DNA of 64,000 nucleotides, taken from contig CAVSVF010000005.1 of the NCBI GenBank assembly GCA_963731435.1, positions 25,526-89,525 on the forward strand, read 5' to 3'. Under the pieces are notes generated by a model. It saw only the letters and a list, made by a program, of their open reading frames with translations, searched no databases and was not told where the DNA came from. The stretch comes from an uncultured Solirubrobacterales bacterium (GTDB lineage: Bacteria; Actinomycetota; Thermoleophilia; Solirubrobacterales; Solirubrobacteraceae). The translations under genes and the position numbers were made by a program. Shown here piece after piece: positions 22,161-33,161 of the stretch; position 1 is the first letter of the stretch, and every line of letters starts with the position of its first letter.

Positions 22161-23353
22161 GTGAGCAGCGTGGCCAGCAACGGCAGGGTCCCGGTCCCAC
22201 GTGACCGCGAGAACGACTACGGAGCCGACGCCATGGCTGCTCGCCAGGAGTTCATTCGCGAGCGCACCGGGGTCTCGCTGGAGCACGTGTCCAGCTACTC
22301 CTTCGACCCCTCCATCACGACGGGCAACGTGGAGCAGTTCCTCGGTGCCGCTCAGGTGCCGATCGGGCTGGCCGGCCCGCTGCTCGTCAACGGCGAGCAC
22401 GCCCAGGGCGAGTTCTACGTCCCCATGGCCACCGCCGAGGGGACGCTGGTGGCCAGCTACAACCGCGGGATGCGGCTGCTCTACGAGGCCGGCGGTGTGA
22501 CCACCACGGTGCTCGCCGACCGGATGCAGCGAGCCCCGTCGTTCATGTTTCCCAGCGCGCGCGAGGCGCGCGACTTCGGCCGCTGGCTGGACGAGCACTT
22601 CCAGGAGATCAAGGCGGCCGCCGAGGCGACCACGAAGTCGGGCAAGCTGCAGGACATCGAGCAGTACCCGGCCAGCCGGATTCTGTTCACGCGCTTCAAC
22701 TACACCACCGGCGACGCCGCCGGCCAGAACCTGACCGGCAAGGCGACCCAGGCGGCGTGCCAGTGGATCGTGGAGCAATACCCCGAGCATCGAGCATACT
22801 TCCTGGAGTCCAACTTCGCCACCGACAAGAAGAGCTCCCAGGTCAACATGCTGCGCACGCGGGGCAAGAAGGTGGTCGCCGAGGCGGTGATCCCCGACGC
22901 CCTGTTTTCCTCGCGTCATGCGCTCCAGCACCGAGCTGATGTACCGCGCGCGCCAGGTGTCGAACCTGGGCGGCTTCATGTCCGGCGTGAACAACAACGG
23001 CTCGCACTCCGCCAACGGGATCACCGCGATGTTCATCGCCACCGGCCAGGACGTCGCCAACGTCGCCGAGTCCTCGGCGGCCTTCGTCTACTCCGAGCTG
23101 CGCGAGACAACGGCGACTACTACTACTCGGTGACGATCCCCGTCGTTGATCGTCGGCACCTACGGCGGGGGCACCGGGCTGGCGACCCAGCGCGAGTGCC
23201 TGGAGATGCTCGATTGCTACGGCGCCGGCAAGGTGCACAAGTTCGCGGAGATCGTCGCCGCCACGGTGCTGTGCGGTGAGCTCTCGCTGGGCTCGGCGAT
23301 CGTCGCCGAGGAGTGGGTCAAGCGCGCACGATCTCTATGGCCGCAATCGCTAA
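22161..23353 (+). CDS. Class I-type HMG-CoA reductase homologue (frameshifts near 22915, 23105-23145, 23320)
   Basis: VPIGLAGPL, PMATAEGTLVASYNRG, TGDAAGQN, NFATDKK, IATGQDVAN, VGTYGGGT, GELSL, and after a 1-nt correction WVSAHDLYGRNR*; GGAGGAG SD upstream. Confidence 0.88.
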
Positions 23354-23365
23354 AGGAAGGATTCG

Positions 23366-24867
23366 ATGACCAACTTCACAGAGCTCCTCGCCACCGCCGC
23401 CGATGACGCCGGTGACCGCCCCGCGGTCAGGCTCGACGACAACACCCTCACCTACGGCCAGCTGGACCAGGCCGTCGCGCGTGCCGCCGGCCTGCTGCGC
23501 GCTCGCGGCGTGGAGCCCGGAGATCGTGTGGGGATGCAGCTTCCCAACGTCCCCTACTTCCCGATCGTCTACCACGGGATCCTGCGGCTAGGGGCGGTGG
23601 TGGTGCCGATGAATCCGCTGCTGAAGGGGCGCGAGGTCGCCTATCACCTGTCGCGATTCGGGTTCGCAAGGCGTTCGTCGGCTGGCAGGACTTCGCCGAC
23701 CCGGGCCGCGAGGGCGCCGAAGGAGGCCGGGGTCGAATGCCTGATCGTCGAGGTGGGCGAGTTCGAGAAGCTCCTCGGAGACGCGGAGCCGGTGGAGGAC
23801 GTGGCCGACGCCGATGACGACGATCCGGCGGTGATCATCTACACCTCGGGCACCACCGGCACGCCCAAGGGCGCGACGCTCACCCACTCCAACATCAGCT
23901 CAGGTGCCGAGGTCGGCCGGGAGCTGGTGGACGCCGGTCCCGACTCGGTGGCGGTGGGAACGCTTGCCGCTGTTCCACGTGTTCGGGATGAACTCGATCA
24001 TGAACGTCTCGCTGCGGGCGCGCGGGACTGCTGACGCTGGTCACCCGGTTTGAGCCGGGGAAGGTGCTGGAGGTGATCGAGCGCGACCACGCCACCACGT
24101 TCGGCGGCGTCCCGACGATGTACGCGGCGCTGCTCAACCATCCCGACCGCGACGAGCACGATCTGTCGACTCTTGATCTGTGCGTGGCCGGGGGCTCGGC
24201 GTTGCCGGTGGAGGTCCTGCGGGGCTTCGACGAGGCCTTCGGCGCCAAGGTGCTGGAGGGATACGGGTTGTCTGAGACCACCGGGATGGGCTCCTTCAAC
24301 ACCCGTGATCGCGAGCGCAAGCCCGGCTCGATCGGCGTTCCGGTCGGCGGCACCGAGATCAAGCTGGTCGATGACGACGACAATGAAGTGCCGGACGGCG
24401 AGCCGGGCGAGGTGGTCATGCGCGGCCCGTTCGTGATGAAGGGCTACTGGAACAAGGAGGACGCCACCGAGGAGGTCATGCGCGGCGGCTGGTTCCACAC
24501 GGGCGACATCGCCACCAAGGACGAGGATGGCTACTTCTTCATCGTCGACCGCAAGAAGGACCTGATCATCCGCGGCGGCTACAACGTCTATCCGCGCGAG
24601 CTGGAGGAAGTGCTCTACGCCCACGACCAGGTGCTTGAGGCGGCGGTGATCGGCATCGCTCACGACTCCCTCGGCGAGGAGGTTGCCGCTGCGGTCGCGC
24701 TCAAGGAGAACTCCTCGGTGACCCCGGAGGAGCTGCGGGACTACATGAAGGAGAAGGTGGCGGCGTACAAGTACCCGCGTAAGGTGTGGCTCGTCGAGGA
24801 GCTGCCGAAGGGGCCCACGGGCAAGATCCTCAAGCGAGAGATCGAGCCGCCTGAGCAGGACGACTGA
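23366..24867 (+). CDS. Long-chain fatty acid--CoA ligase (frameshifted)
   Basis: YTSGTTGTPKG, EGYGLSET, FHTGD, DRKKDLIIRGG.NVYP, PKGPTGKILK. Confidence 0.93.
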
Positions 24868-24888
24868 GGTCCCGGGAAGCTCGGCTCC

Positions 24889-26336
24889 GTGGACCACGAA
24901 TTCGACGTCGTCGTCGTGGGCGCCGGTCCGGCCGGCGAGGTCATCGCCGGCCGCCTCGCCGACAGCGGCCGGCAGCGGGTGGCGATCGTGGAGCGGGAGC
25001 TGGTCGGGGGCGAGTGCTCGTTCTACGCCTGCATGCCGTCGAAGTCGCTGCTGCGCGCCCCGGAGCTGCTGGCGGAGGTGGGCCGCGTGCCGGGCGCCTG
25101 CGGAGGCCGTCAGCGGCGAGATCGACCCTCAGGCGGTGATGTCCAGGCGGGACGAGGTGATCCACGACCTTGACGACAGCGCGCAGCTGCCGTGGCTGGA
25201 GGATCTGGAGATAGCGCTGTTCCGGGGCGAGGCCCGCCTGGAGGGCGAGCGCCAGGTGCGGGTGGGGGACGACGTGCTGCGCGCGGACAAGGCGATGGTG
25301 CTGGCGGTCGGCAGCGGCGCGCTGTTCCCGCCGATCCCGGGCCTGGCCGAGGTGGGCGCGTGGTCGAACCGTCAGATCACCACCGCCTCGTCGGTCCCGG
25401 GGAGCCTGGTGGTCCTGGGCGGCGGGGTGGTGGGAGTGGAGATGGCCGACGCCTGGTCGGCGCTCGGCTCGCAGGTGACGGTGATCGAGGCGCTCGATCG
25501 GCTGGTGGCCCGGGAAGAGCCCGTCGCCGGCGACGAGCTCCGGCGAGGCGCTGCAGGAGCGCGGCGTCCAGTTCCGGCTCGGGGTCCGCGCGAACGCGGT
25601 CAGCCGCGACGGCGAGCAGATCACGGTTGAGCTGGAGGACGGCTCGTCGGTCGGCGGCGAGCGGCTGCTGGTGGCGATCGGCCGCACACCCCACACCGAT
25701 GATCTCGGCTTGGAGTCGGTCGGCCTCACGCCCGGCGAGTACGTCGAAGTAGACGATCACCTCCGCGTGCTCGGCCATGACTTCCTCTATGCGATCGGCG
25801 ATGTCAACGGTCGCTCGTTGCTGACCCACGCCGGCAAGTACCAGGCGCGGATCGCCTCCGACAACATCCTCGGCGAGGACGCCGTAGCGGTGGCCGACGG
25901 CCCCGCCATACCGCGCGTGATCTTCACCGACCCGCAGATCGCCGCCGTCGGGCTCACCCTTGCCGGCGCCCGCGAGGCGGGCCGCAACGTCGAGGCGATC
26001 GACCTGCCGACCTCCGGCACCGCCGGAGCCAGCTTCTATGGACGCGACACCCCCGGCACCACCCGGTTCGTGGTCGATCTTGACCGCGAGGTGCTGGTCG
26101 GGGTCACGTTCTGCGGCTTCGAGGTCGCTGATTTTCTCCAGGCGGCGACGATCGCCGTGGCCGGCGAGGTGTCGCTGCACACGCTGGCCCATGCGGTGGC
26201 GTCCTTCCCCACCCGTAGCGAGCTATGGCTGAAGATGGTCGAGGCCTACGAGAAGCTCCGCGGGCGGACCGTCCACGCGCGCACCGAGACCGCTCCGGGT
26301 CCGGCGAGCCCACTCGGGAATCGCGGCGCGAGCTAG
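24889..26336 (+). CDS. Pyridine nucleotide-disulfide oxidoreductase, dihydrolipoamide dehydrogenase-like (two frameshifts)
   Basis: GAGPAG, GGECSFYACMPSK redox disulfide, GGGVVGVE, YAIGD, HAVASFPTRSE. Confidence 0.9.
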
Positions 26337-27517
26337 TCACTGAGCACCGGCACGGAGATGCCCGGGTCGTGACCCACCAGCACGCCCCGGGTGATTGCGG
26401 TGCTCCCGTAGCGGTTGCGCACGTGATCGACCACGTCGTCCAGACGGCGACCCCGATCGAGGGCCAGCGTCAGCTGCAGGTTGCGCTCGTCCACGAGGTT
26501 GGTCAGCGCCACCCCGACCAGGGTGATGCCGCGCCGCCGGATCAACGGAGCCGAGTGCGAGAGCAGGTCCAGGGCGACGGCCAGGATCGTCGCGGTCTGG
26601 GTCGAGGGCTCGGCCATCGTCCGCGACCGGGTGGCCCGGGTGAAGTCGCCGAAGCGGAGTCGCAGCACCACCGTCCGGCATGCCCGCCTGGCCGTGCGCA
26701 GCCGGCGGGTTACCCGGTCGACCAGGCCGGTGAGGGCGATCACGAGCTCCTCCCGCGCCCGCGGCCTGCGTCCGAGCGCGCGCTGGGCGCCGATGGAGCG
26801 GCGACGCCGCCCTCGCTGGACGGGCCGGGGATCGTGGTTGTGCGCCAACGCGTGTAGCGAGCGTCCCGAGGCCCGGCCCAGAAGCCTCACGAGCTCCTCG
26901 CAGTCCAAGCGGGCGACGTCGCCCACCGTCTTCATCCCCGCCCGGCGCAGCTTGGCCGCCGTCACCGCCCCGACGCCCCAGAGCCGCTCGACGTCGAGGG
27001 GATGCAGGAAGGCGAGCTCGCTGTCGGGCTCCACCACCAGCAGCCCGTCGGGCTTGGCCACGCCACTGGCGACCTTGGCGAGGAACTTGGTGCGGGCCAC
27101 GCCGACGGTGATCGGCAGGCCGACCTGAGCGAGCACGCGCCAGCGAAGGCACGCGGCGATCTCGGCAGGGGTCCCGGTGATTCGCTCCAGTCCCCGCACG
27201 TCGAGGAACGCCTCGTCGATCGACAGCGCCTCCACCGTCGGCGCCAGATCCTCAAACACCGCGAACACGGCCTTGCTGGCGGCGCTGTAGGCGTCCATCC
27301 GCGGCGGCACCACCGCGGCGTACGGACACAGCCGTTTGGCAGTGCGTACTCCCATCGCCGTACGCACGCCGCACCGCTTGGCCTCGTAGGAGGCCGCGAG
27401 CACCACCCCGCCGCCGACGATCACCGGCCTGCGGAACAGCCGCGGGTCGTCCCGCTTCTCCACCGAGGCGTAGAAGGCATCGAGATCGGCGTGGAGAATC
27501 GCGGCGATATCAGCCAC
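26333..27517 (-). CDS. dinB: DNA polymerase IV (Y family)
   Basis: ILHADLDAFYASVE, ASYEAK, SIDEAFLD, AKVAS...KPDG; likely GTG start at 27517. Confidence 0.95.
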   Translation of the reverse strand: MADIAAILHADLDAFYASVEKRDDPRLFRRPVIVGGGVVLAASYEAKRCGVRTAMGVRTAKRLCPYAAVVPPRMDAYSAASKAVFAVFEDLAPTVEALSIDEAFLDVRGLERITGTPAEIAACLRWRVLAQVGLPITVGVARTKFLAKVASGVAKPDGLLVVEPDSELAFLHPLDVERLWGVGAVTAAKLRRAGMKTVGDVARLDCEELVRLLGRASGRSLHALAHNHDPRPVQRGRRRRSIGAQRALGRRPRAREELVIALTGLVDRVTRRLRTARRACRTVVLRLRFGDFTRATRSRTMAEPSTQTATILAVALDLLSHSAPLIRRRGITLVGVALTNLVDERNLQLTLALDRGRRLDDVVDHVRNRYGSTAITRGVLVGHDPGISVPVLSD

Positions 27518-27530
27518 GAACGTATGTTCG
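27517..27530. promoter_or_regulatory. LexA (SOS) box
   Basis: CGAAC-GTAT-GTTCG, an exact match to the Gram-positive/actinobacterial CGAAC-N4-GTTCG consensus, abutting the dinB start. Confidence 0.9.
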
Positions 27531-27549
27531 CCTACGGACCGGACGGCAC

Positions 27550-27577
27550 GGTTTTTTCCGCACACGGGCCCGGGTAG
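27550..27577 (+). promoter_or_regulatory. SigB/SigF-type promoter upstream of lctP-glc operon
   Basis: GGTTT-N17-GGGTAG. Confidence 0.5.
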
Positions 27578-27655
27578 CCTGAATCCGTACGCCGCGCCTG
27601 CCACTCGCCGCGTCCGGCGAATAACGGCGTGAGGTCGTCGCTGGAGGAGGAGAGG

Positions 27656-29311
27656 ATGTACAAGCAGGTTCTCGATCCGGTGTCCCACTCCCTGGGGCTC
27701 ACGTCGATCTTCGCCGTGCTGCCGCTCGTCGTGCTGTTCGTGCTGTTGGGAGTGGTGCGGCTCAAGGCGCAGTGGGCCTCGCTGCTGGCACTGGCGGTCG
27801 CACTGATCGTCGCGTTGGTGGTCTACAGCATGCCGGTGGGCCAGGGATTCGACAGCGCCGCGGAGGGCGCTGCGTTCGGGTTCTTCCCGATCATGTGGAT
27901 CGTCATCAACGCGCTGTGGATCTACAACCTGACCGTGGAGACGGGCCACTTCGCGGTGCTGCGCCGCGCGTTCAGCGAGGTGTCCAACGACCTCCGCGTC
28001 CAGGTGGTGATGATCGCCTTCTGCTTCGGCGCGCTACTGGAGGCGCTGGCCGGCTTCGGCACGCCGGTGGCGATCTGCGGGGTGATGCTGGTCGCCGTCG
28101 GGCTGAAGCCGGTGAAGGCCGCCGCGGTGGCGCTGGTCGCGGACACCGCTCCGGTGGCCTTCGGCGCCATCGCCATCCCCATCACCACGCTCGCCCAGGT
28201 GACCGGGCTGCCCAAGCACGAGCTCAGCCAGATGGTCGGGCGCCAGTGTCCCTTGCTGGCGCTGCTGGTCCCGTTCCTGCTCGTGGCGATGGTCGACGGC
28301 CGCCGCGGCCTGCGTGAGAGCTGGCCTGCGGCACTGACCGCCGGCGGGGTGTTCGCGTGCGTGCAGTTCGCCTCCTCCAACTACATCTCTCCCGAGCTGA
28401 CCGACATTCTCGCCTCGCTGGCCTCGGCCGCTGCGCTCTTCGCGCTGGTCCAGGTGTGGTCGCCCACAGAGCGGCAGGAGGTTCCCGAGCAACGGCCCGC
28501 GATCGCGGGGGCGGCGCACGCCGATCCGGCGCATGAACGACGGGTCGCGGCCGAACAGGGCCAGCCTCTCTCTCGCGTCGAGGTCCTCACCGCATTCGCG
28601 CCCTACGTGATCGTGATCCTGGTGCTCGGGATCTGCGCGCTGAACGGGATCACCACCCAGTTGGACAAGGCCACCGACGCCTTCAGCTGGCCCGGCTTGC
28701 ACGTCTTCAACGCCAAGGGGAAGGCCCCGGACAGCGAGACGTTCAAGCTGACTTGGCTGAGCGCGGCGGGAACGCAGTTGCTGGTGGCGGGTCTGTTGAG
28801 CGCGGCGGTCCTTCGCGTCAGGCCGCAGCGAGCCGTCGCGGTGTATCTGAACACGCTGCGAATGCTGTTCTGGCCGATCGTGACCGTGTGCTCGGTGCTC
28901 GCGCTGGCCTACGTGATGAATCTCTCCGGCCAGACGTTCACCTTGGGGACGTGGGCGGCCGGGGCAGGCGGCTTCTTCGCCTTCCTCTCGCCGCTGATCG
29001 GCTGGTTCGGCACGGCCGTCACGGGCTCCGACACCTCCACCAACTCGCTGTTCGGCGCCCTGCAGGTCACCGCGGCCAAGCAGGCCTCCCTCTCTCCGGT
29101 GCTGTTGGCGGCCGCCAACAGCTCCGGCGGCGTCCTGGCCAAAATGATCTCGCCGCAGAATCTGGCCATCGGGGCCGCGGCGGTGGGCCTCGGGGGACGA
29201 GAAGGTGACATCTTCAGAAGGGTGATCGGTTGGAGCGTGGTGATGGCTCTCTTGATGGCGGTGCTCGTGTTGCTGCAGTCGACCGGCGCTCTGTCCTGGA
29301 TGGTCCCCTAG
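27656..29311 (+). CDS. lctP: L-lactate/glycolate permease (LctP family)
   Basis: FGALLEALAGFGTPVA, APVAFGA, TGSDTSTNSLFG, GGVLAKMISPQN; strong SD before ATG 27656. Confidence 0.93.
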   Translation: MYKQVLDPVSHSLGLTSIFAVLPLVVLFVLLGVVRLKAQWASLLALAVALIVALVVYSMPVGQGFDSAAEGAAFGFFPIMWIVINALWIYNLTVETGHFAVLRRAFSEVSNDLRVQVVMIAFCFGALLEALAGFGTPVAICGVMLVAVGLKPVKAAAVALVADTAPVAFGAIAIPITTLAQVTGLPKHELSQMVGRQCPLLALLVPFLLVAMVDGRRGLRESWPAALTAGGVFACVQFASSNYISPELTDILASLASAAALFALVQVWSPTERQEVPEQRPAIAGAAHADPAHERRVAAEQGQPLSRVEVLTAFAPYVIVILVLGICALNGITTQLDKATDAFSWPGLHVFNAKGKAPDSETFKLTWLSAAGTQLLVAGLLSAAVLRVRPQRAVAVYLNTLRMLFWPIVTVCSVLALAYVMNLSGQTFTLGTWAAGAGGFFAFLSPLIGWFGTAVTGSDTSTNSLFGALQVTAAKQASLSPVLLAAANSSGGVLAKMISPQNLAIGAAAVGLGGREGDIFRRVIGWSVVMALLMAVLVLLQSTGALSWMVP

Positions 29312-30762
29312 TGGCCGCGTCCGGACTCGTCGCCGAGCTTGCCGCGATCGTCGGCGAGGAGTGGGTCTACACCCAGGACCATCAGCTGCGGACCTACGAG
29401 TCCGACGGCCTGCTGCAATATCGGGCGATCCCCAAGGCAGCCGTGTTGCCGGCAGGGGCCGAGGAGGTCGCGGGGGTCGTCGGCGCGTGCGCACGCGCCG
29501 GAGTGCCATGGGTGGCTCGGGGAGCCGGCTCTGGCCTCTCGGGTGGCGCGCTTCCTCACGAGGACGGCATCCTGATCGTGCTCTCGCGGATGAAGCGAAT
29601 CCTCGAGATCGACTTGGAGAATCAGCGAATCTGCGTTGAGCCCGGGGTGACCAACGCCTCGGTCTCCGCGGCCGTGGCGCCCTCGTTCTTCTACCCGCCG
29701 GATCCCTCCAGCCAGATCGTCTGCTCGATCGGCGGCAACGTCGCCGAGAACTCCGGCGGCGCACACTGCTTCAAGTACGGCTTCACCAGCAACTACGTGA
29801 GCGGCCTGGAGCTGGTGCTGGCCGATGGCGAGCTGGTGCAGCTCGGCGGCAAGCTCCTCGATCCCCCGGGCTACGACCTGCTGGGAGCGTTCGTCGGCTC
29901 CGAGGGCACCCTGGGCGTCGCCACCAAGATCTGGCTGCGGATCGTGCCGGCCCCCGAATCGACGAAGACCCTGGTCGCATTCTTCGATCACACGCGCGAC
30001 GCTGGTGAGGCAGTTTCGGAGATCGTGCAGAGCGGGATCGTGCCGGCGGCGATTGAGATGATGGACGAGAAGACGATCGAGGCCTCCGAGCAGATGGCTC
30101 ACGCCGGCTTCCCGGTCGGCCGCGGTGCGGCGCTGCTGGTGGAGCTCGACGGAGCAGAGCGCGAGTGCGACGAGCACTTCGATGAGGTGGTGCGCGTATG
30201 CGAGGAACGCGGCTCCGACGACGTTCGCGTCGCCGAGGACGAGGCCGAGGCCGAGCGGTTCTGGAAGGCTCGCAAGGCGGCGTTCCCGGCGATGGGCCGG
30301 ATCAGCCCCAACTACTTCGTGCAGGACGGGGTGATCCCCCGCACCAAGCTCCCCGAGGTGCTGGAACGAATCGAAGAGCTCGGTCGCGAGTACGAGCTGA
30401 TCGTCGCCAACGTTTTCCACGCGGGCGACGGCAACCTCCACCCCCTGGTGTGCTTCGACGCCGAGGTGGAGGGTCAGGCCGAGGCGGCGGAGGAGCTCTC
30501 CGGCAAGATCCTGGAGGCGTGTCTGGAGGCGGGCGGCTCGATCACCGGCGAGCACGGGGTCGGCGTGGACAAGAAAAAGCACATGCCGAAGATGTTCAGC
30601 GAGCCCGATCTGGACTGCTTCCAGCGGCTGCGCTGCGCCTTCGACCCGGCCGGGCTGGCCAACCCGAGCAAGGTGATGCCGACCCCCCGCCTGTGCGGCG
30701 AGGTCCCCGGTCCCTACCGCCAGCATCCGCTCGAGGCGGCTGGACTGGCGGAGCGGTTCTGA
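29311..30762 (+). CDS. glcD: Glycolate oxidase FAD-linked subunit
   Basis: ARGAGSGLSGGA, PDPSSQIVCSIGGNVAENSGGAHCFKYG, HAGDGNLHP, ITGEHGVG. Confidence 0.93.
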   Translation: MAASGLVAELAAIVGEEWVYTQDHQLRTYESDGLLQYRAIPKAAVLPAGAEEVAGVVGACARAGVPWVARGAGSGLSGGALPHEDGILIVLSRMKRILEIDLENQRICVEPGVTNASVSAAVAPSFFYPPDPSSQIVCSIGGNVAENSGGAHCFKYGFTSNYVSGLELVLADGELVQLGGKLLDPPGYDLLGAFVGSEGTLGVATKIWLRIVPAPESTKTLVAFFDHTRDAGEAVSEIVQSGIVPAAIEMMDEKTIEASEQMAHAGFPVGRGAALLVELDGAERECDEHFDEVVRVCEERGSDDVRVAEDEAEAERFWKARKAAFPAMGRISPNYFVQDGVIPRTKLPEVLERIEELGREYELIVANVFHAGDGNLHPLVCFDAEVEGQAEAAEELSGKILEACLEAGGSITGEHGVGVDKKKHMPKMFSEPDLDCFQRLRCAFDPAGLANPSKVMPTPRLCGEVPGPYRQHPLEAAGLAERF

Positions 30763-30765
30763 GCA

Positions 30766-31930
30766 ATGGCGAGCGCCGCGCCGACGACCGAGCGCCCCGG
30801 CTCGATCGAGGAGGCCAGCGAGCTGATGCGGACGCTGGGGGAGGCCCGGCAGGCGCTACGGGCGCGGGGGGCCGGCACCAAGCTCGCGTGGGACGGACGC
30901 GCTGTGGCCGGCGAGGTGGAGGTGTGCACCGGCGAGCTCACCCGCGTGCTGGAGCACAACGAAGGCGACTTCACGGCGGTGCTCGAGGCGGGTGTTCCGC
31001 TCGCGCACGCGCAGGAGCAGTTCGGCCGCGCGGGCCAGATGCTCGCCCTCGATCCGCCGCTGGCGCCCGCGGGCACGGCCGCCGAGGCGGCTACGGTCGG
31101 GGGAGTGGTCGCCACCGGCGATAGCGGCCCGCTGCGCCACCGCTACGGCGGCGTGCGCGATCTCATCCTGGGGGTCACCGTGGTGCTCTCTGACGGGACC
31201 GTGGCGAAGTCTGGGGGGCGAGTGATCAAGAACGTCGCCGGTTACGACCTCGGCAAGCTGTTCACCGGCTCGGAGGGGACCCTCGGGATGATCGCGGCCG
31301 TTTCCGTGAGGCTGCATCCGCGCGCCGAGGGCACCGCGACGGCGTGCGGCACCGGCTCTGACCCGTCGATCCTCGCGCAAGCGGCGCTGCGGCTGGCAGC
31401 GCTCCCGCTCGGAGCCGAGTCCCTCGACGTCGCGTGGACGCCGCGGGGGAGGTGCGGTACTGGCCCGCTTTGCCGGAGCTGCGGCGGACGGGCAGGCGCG
31501 GGAGACCGCGGAGCGGCTGAGGGCGAACGGCCTCGCCGAGGTGGAGGTGGTCGGCGAGGACGAAGAGCTATGGGAGCGCCAGCGCCGCGGACAGCGCAGC
31601 GAGGGCGCCGTGGTCAAGGTGGCCAGCCTGATCGGTCAGCTTGAGGCGGTCCTGAGCGCGGCCGAGCGCGCCGGCGCCAGCGTCGTCTCGCGCCCGGCCC
31701 TTGGCCTGTCGTGGATCACCTTGCAGCGGGGCGGAGACCTGGCCGCGCGGGTGGACGCGCTTCGCCGGATGCTGCCCGATGCATCGCTCACCGTGCTGGA
31801 CGGCGCCGCCGCCGTCGCCGACCCGCGGCCGGTGCCACCTGCCGCCGCGCAGCGCGTGATGGAGCGGGTCAAGGCTCGCTTCGACCCCGCGGGAGTGTTC
31901 CGCCCCGGTGCCTTTATGGGAGGTTTGTGA
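30766..31930 (+). CDS. glcE: Glycolate oxidase FAD-binding subunit (frameshift near 31445)
   Basis: ATVGGVVATGDSGPLRHRYGGVRD, GGRVIKNVAGYDL, VKARFDP; operon position. Confidence 0.88.
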
Positions 31931-31931
31931 C

Positions 31932-33161
31932 GTGGCCGCCTGGGACGAGGTCCGCCCGCCCGAACCCGAGCTGATCCGCGACTGCGTGCACTGCGGCTTC
32001 TGCCTGCCCACCTGCCCGAGCTATCTGGTGTTTGAGGAGGAGATGGATTCCCCCCGAGGGCGGATCGTGTTGATGCGGGTCGGGCACGAGCAGGACGAGC
32101 AGCTCTCCGAGCAGATGACCACTCATTTCGATCGCTGTCTCGGCTGCATGGCCTGCGTCACCGCGTGTCCTTCCGGCGTGCAGTACGACCGGCTGATCGA
32201 GCGCACCCGACCGCAGATCGAGCGCCACGGCCCCCGGCGGCGTCGGGACCGGCTGCTGCGGGGAGCCATCTTTGCCCTGTTCACCCACCCGGGGCGGCTG
32301 CGCGCGCTCGCCCCGGCGCTCGCGCTGTCGGACCGGCTAGCGCTGCGAGACCGGCTGGGAGAGCGGCTGCCGATGGTCAAGCTCGCCCCGCCAGCGAGAC
32401 TCAGCGACACCGTTCGACGGCTGCCGGTCGTCACGCCGGCCAAGGGGACCAAGCGCGGAACGGTCGCGTTCATGCAGGGCTGTGTGCAGCGGGCGCTGTT
32501 CGGCGATGTCAACGCCGCCACCGTGCGCGTGCTGGCGGCCGAGGGCTTCGAGGTCCATTCGCCGCGCAGGCCACGGTGTTGCGGAGCGCTCCAGTTCCAC
32601 TCCGGGGAGGAGGATCCGGCGCGTGAGTTGGCGCAGGCGACAGTCGCCGCCTACGAGGGCTACGACGCGGTGCTGACCAACGTCGCCGGTTGCGGCTCGG
32701 CGATGAAGGACTACGGTCACCTCTTCGAGGAGGACGAGCGGATGACGGCGTTCTCCTCCAAGGTCCGCGACGTGCACGAGTTCCTGGCCGAGCAGGGGCC
32801 CGTCACCGCGCGCCGCCCGCTGCCGATGCGAGTCGCCTACCACGACGCCTGCCACCTCGCCCATGCCCAGGGTGTGCGTTCGCAGCCGCGGGAGCTGTTG
32901 CGGGCGATTCCCGAGCTTGAGCTGGTGGAGCCCGACGAATGGGAGCTGTGCTGCGGCTCGGCGGGCATCTACAACCTGACCCAGCCGGAGGCCGCGAGCG
33001 AGCTCGGCCGGCGCAAGGCCGCGAACCTGCGTGCCACCGAGGCCGAGGCGATCGCCGCTGCCAACCCCGGCTGCGCGATCCAGATCGGCGCCTATCTCGA
33101 CCGACCCATCTACCACCCCATGACCCTGCTTGACCATTCGATCCGAGGGAGCCGCCCATGA
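31932..33161 (+). CDS. glcF: Glycolate oxidase Fe-S subunit
   Basis: CVHCGFCLPTCP, CLGCMACVTACP, two CCG domains, ANPGC. Confidence 0.93.
   Translation: MAAWDEVRPPEPELIRDCVHCGFCLPTCPSYLVFEEEMDSPRGRIVLMRVGHEQDEQLSEQMTTHFDRCLGCMACVTACPSGVQYDRLIERTRPQIERHGPRRRRDRLLRGAIFALFTHPGRLRALAPALALSDRLALRDRLGERLPMVKLAPPARLSDTVRRLPVVTPAKGTKRGTVAFMQGCVQRALFGDVNAATVRVLAAEGFEVHSPRRPRCCGALQFHSGEEDPARELAQATVAAYEGYDAVLTNVAGCGSAMKDYGHLFEEDERMTAFSSKVRDVHEFLAEQGPVTARRPLPMRVAYHDACHLAHAQGVRSQPRELLRAIPELELVEPDEWELCCGSAGIYNLTQPEAASELGRRKAANLRATEAEAIAAANPGCAIQIGAYLDRPIYHPMTLLDHSIRGSRP

Noticed and set aside
17026-26336. Pseudogene calls for WS/DGAT, ALDH, GMC, HMGR, FadD and the oxidoreductase
   Set aside because: Only single-base frame slips with all catalytic motifs intact; more consistent with sequencing error.
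27518-27949. 144-aa N-terminal extension of DinB in the ORF track
   Set aside because: It overlaps lctP on the opposite strand and the SOS box; DinB homology begins at ILHADLD.
28034-29764. Long antisense or alternate-frame ORFs (e.g. 28034..29764, 29308..30726, 39039..40451, 58425..59909)
   Set aside because: Typical stop-poor shadow frames of GC-rich genes with no recognisable motifs.
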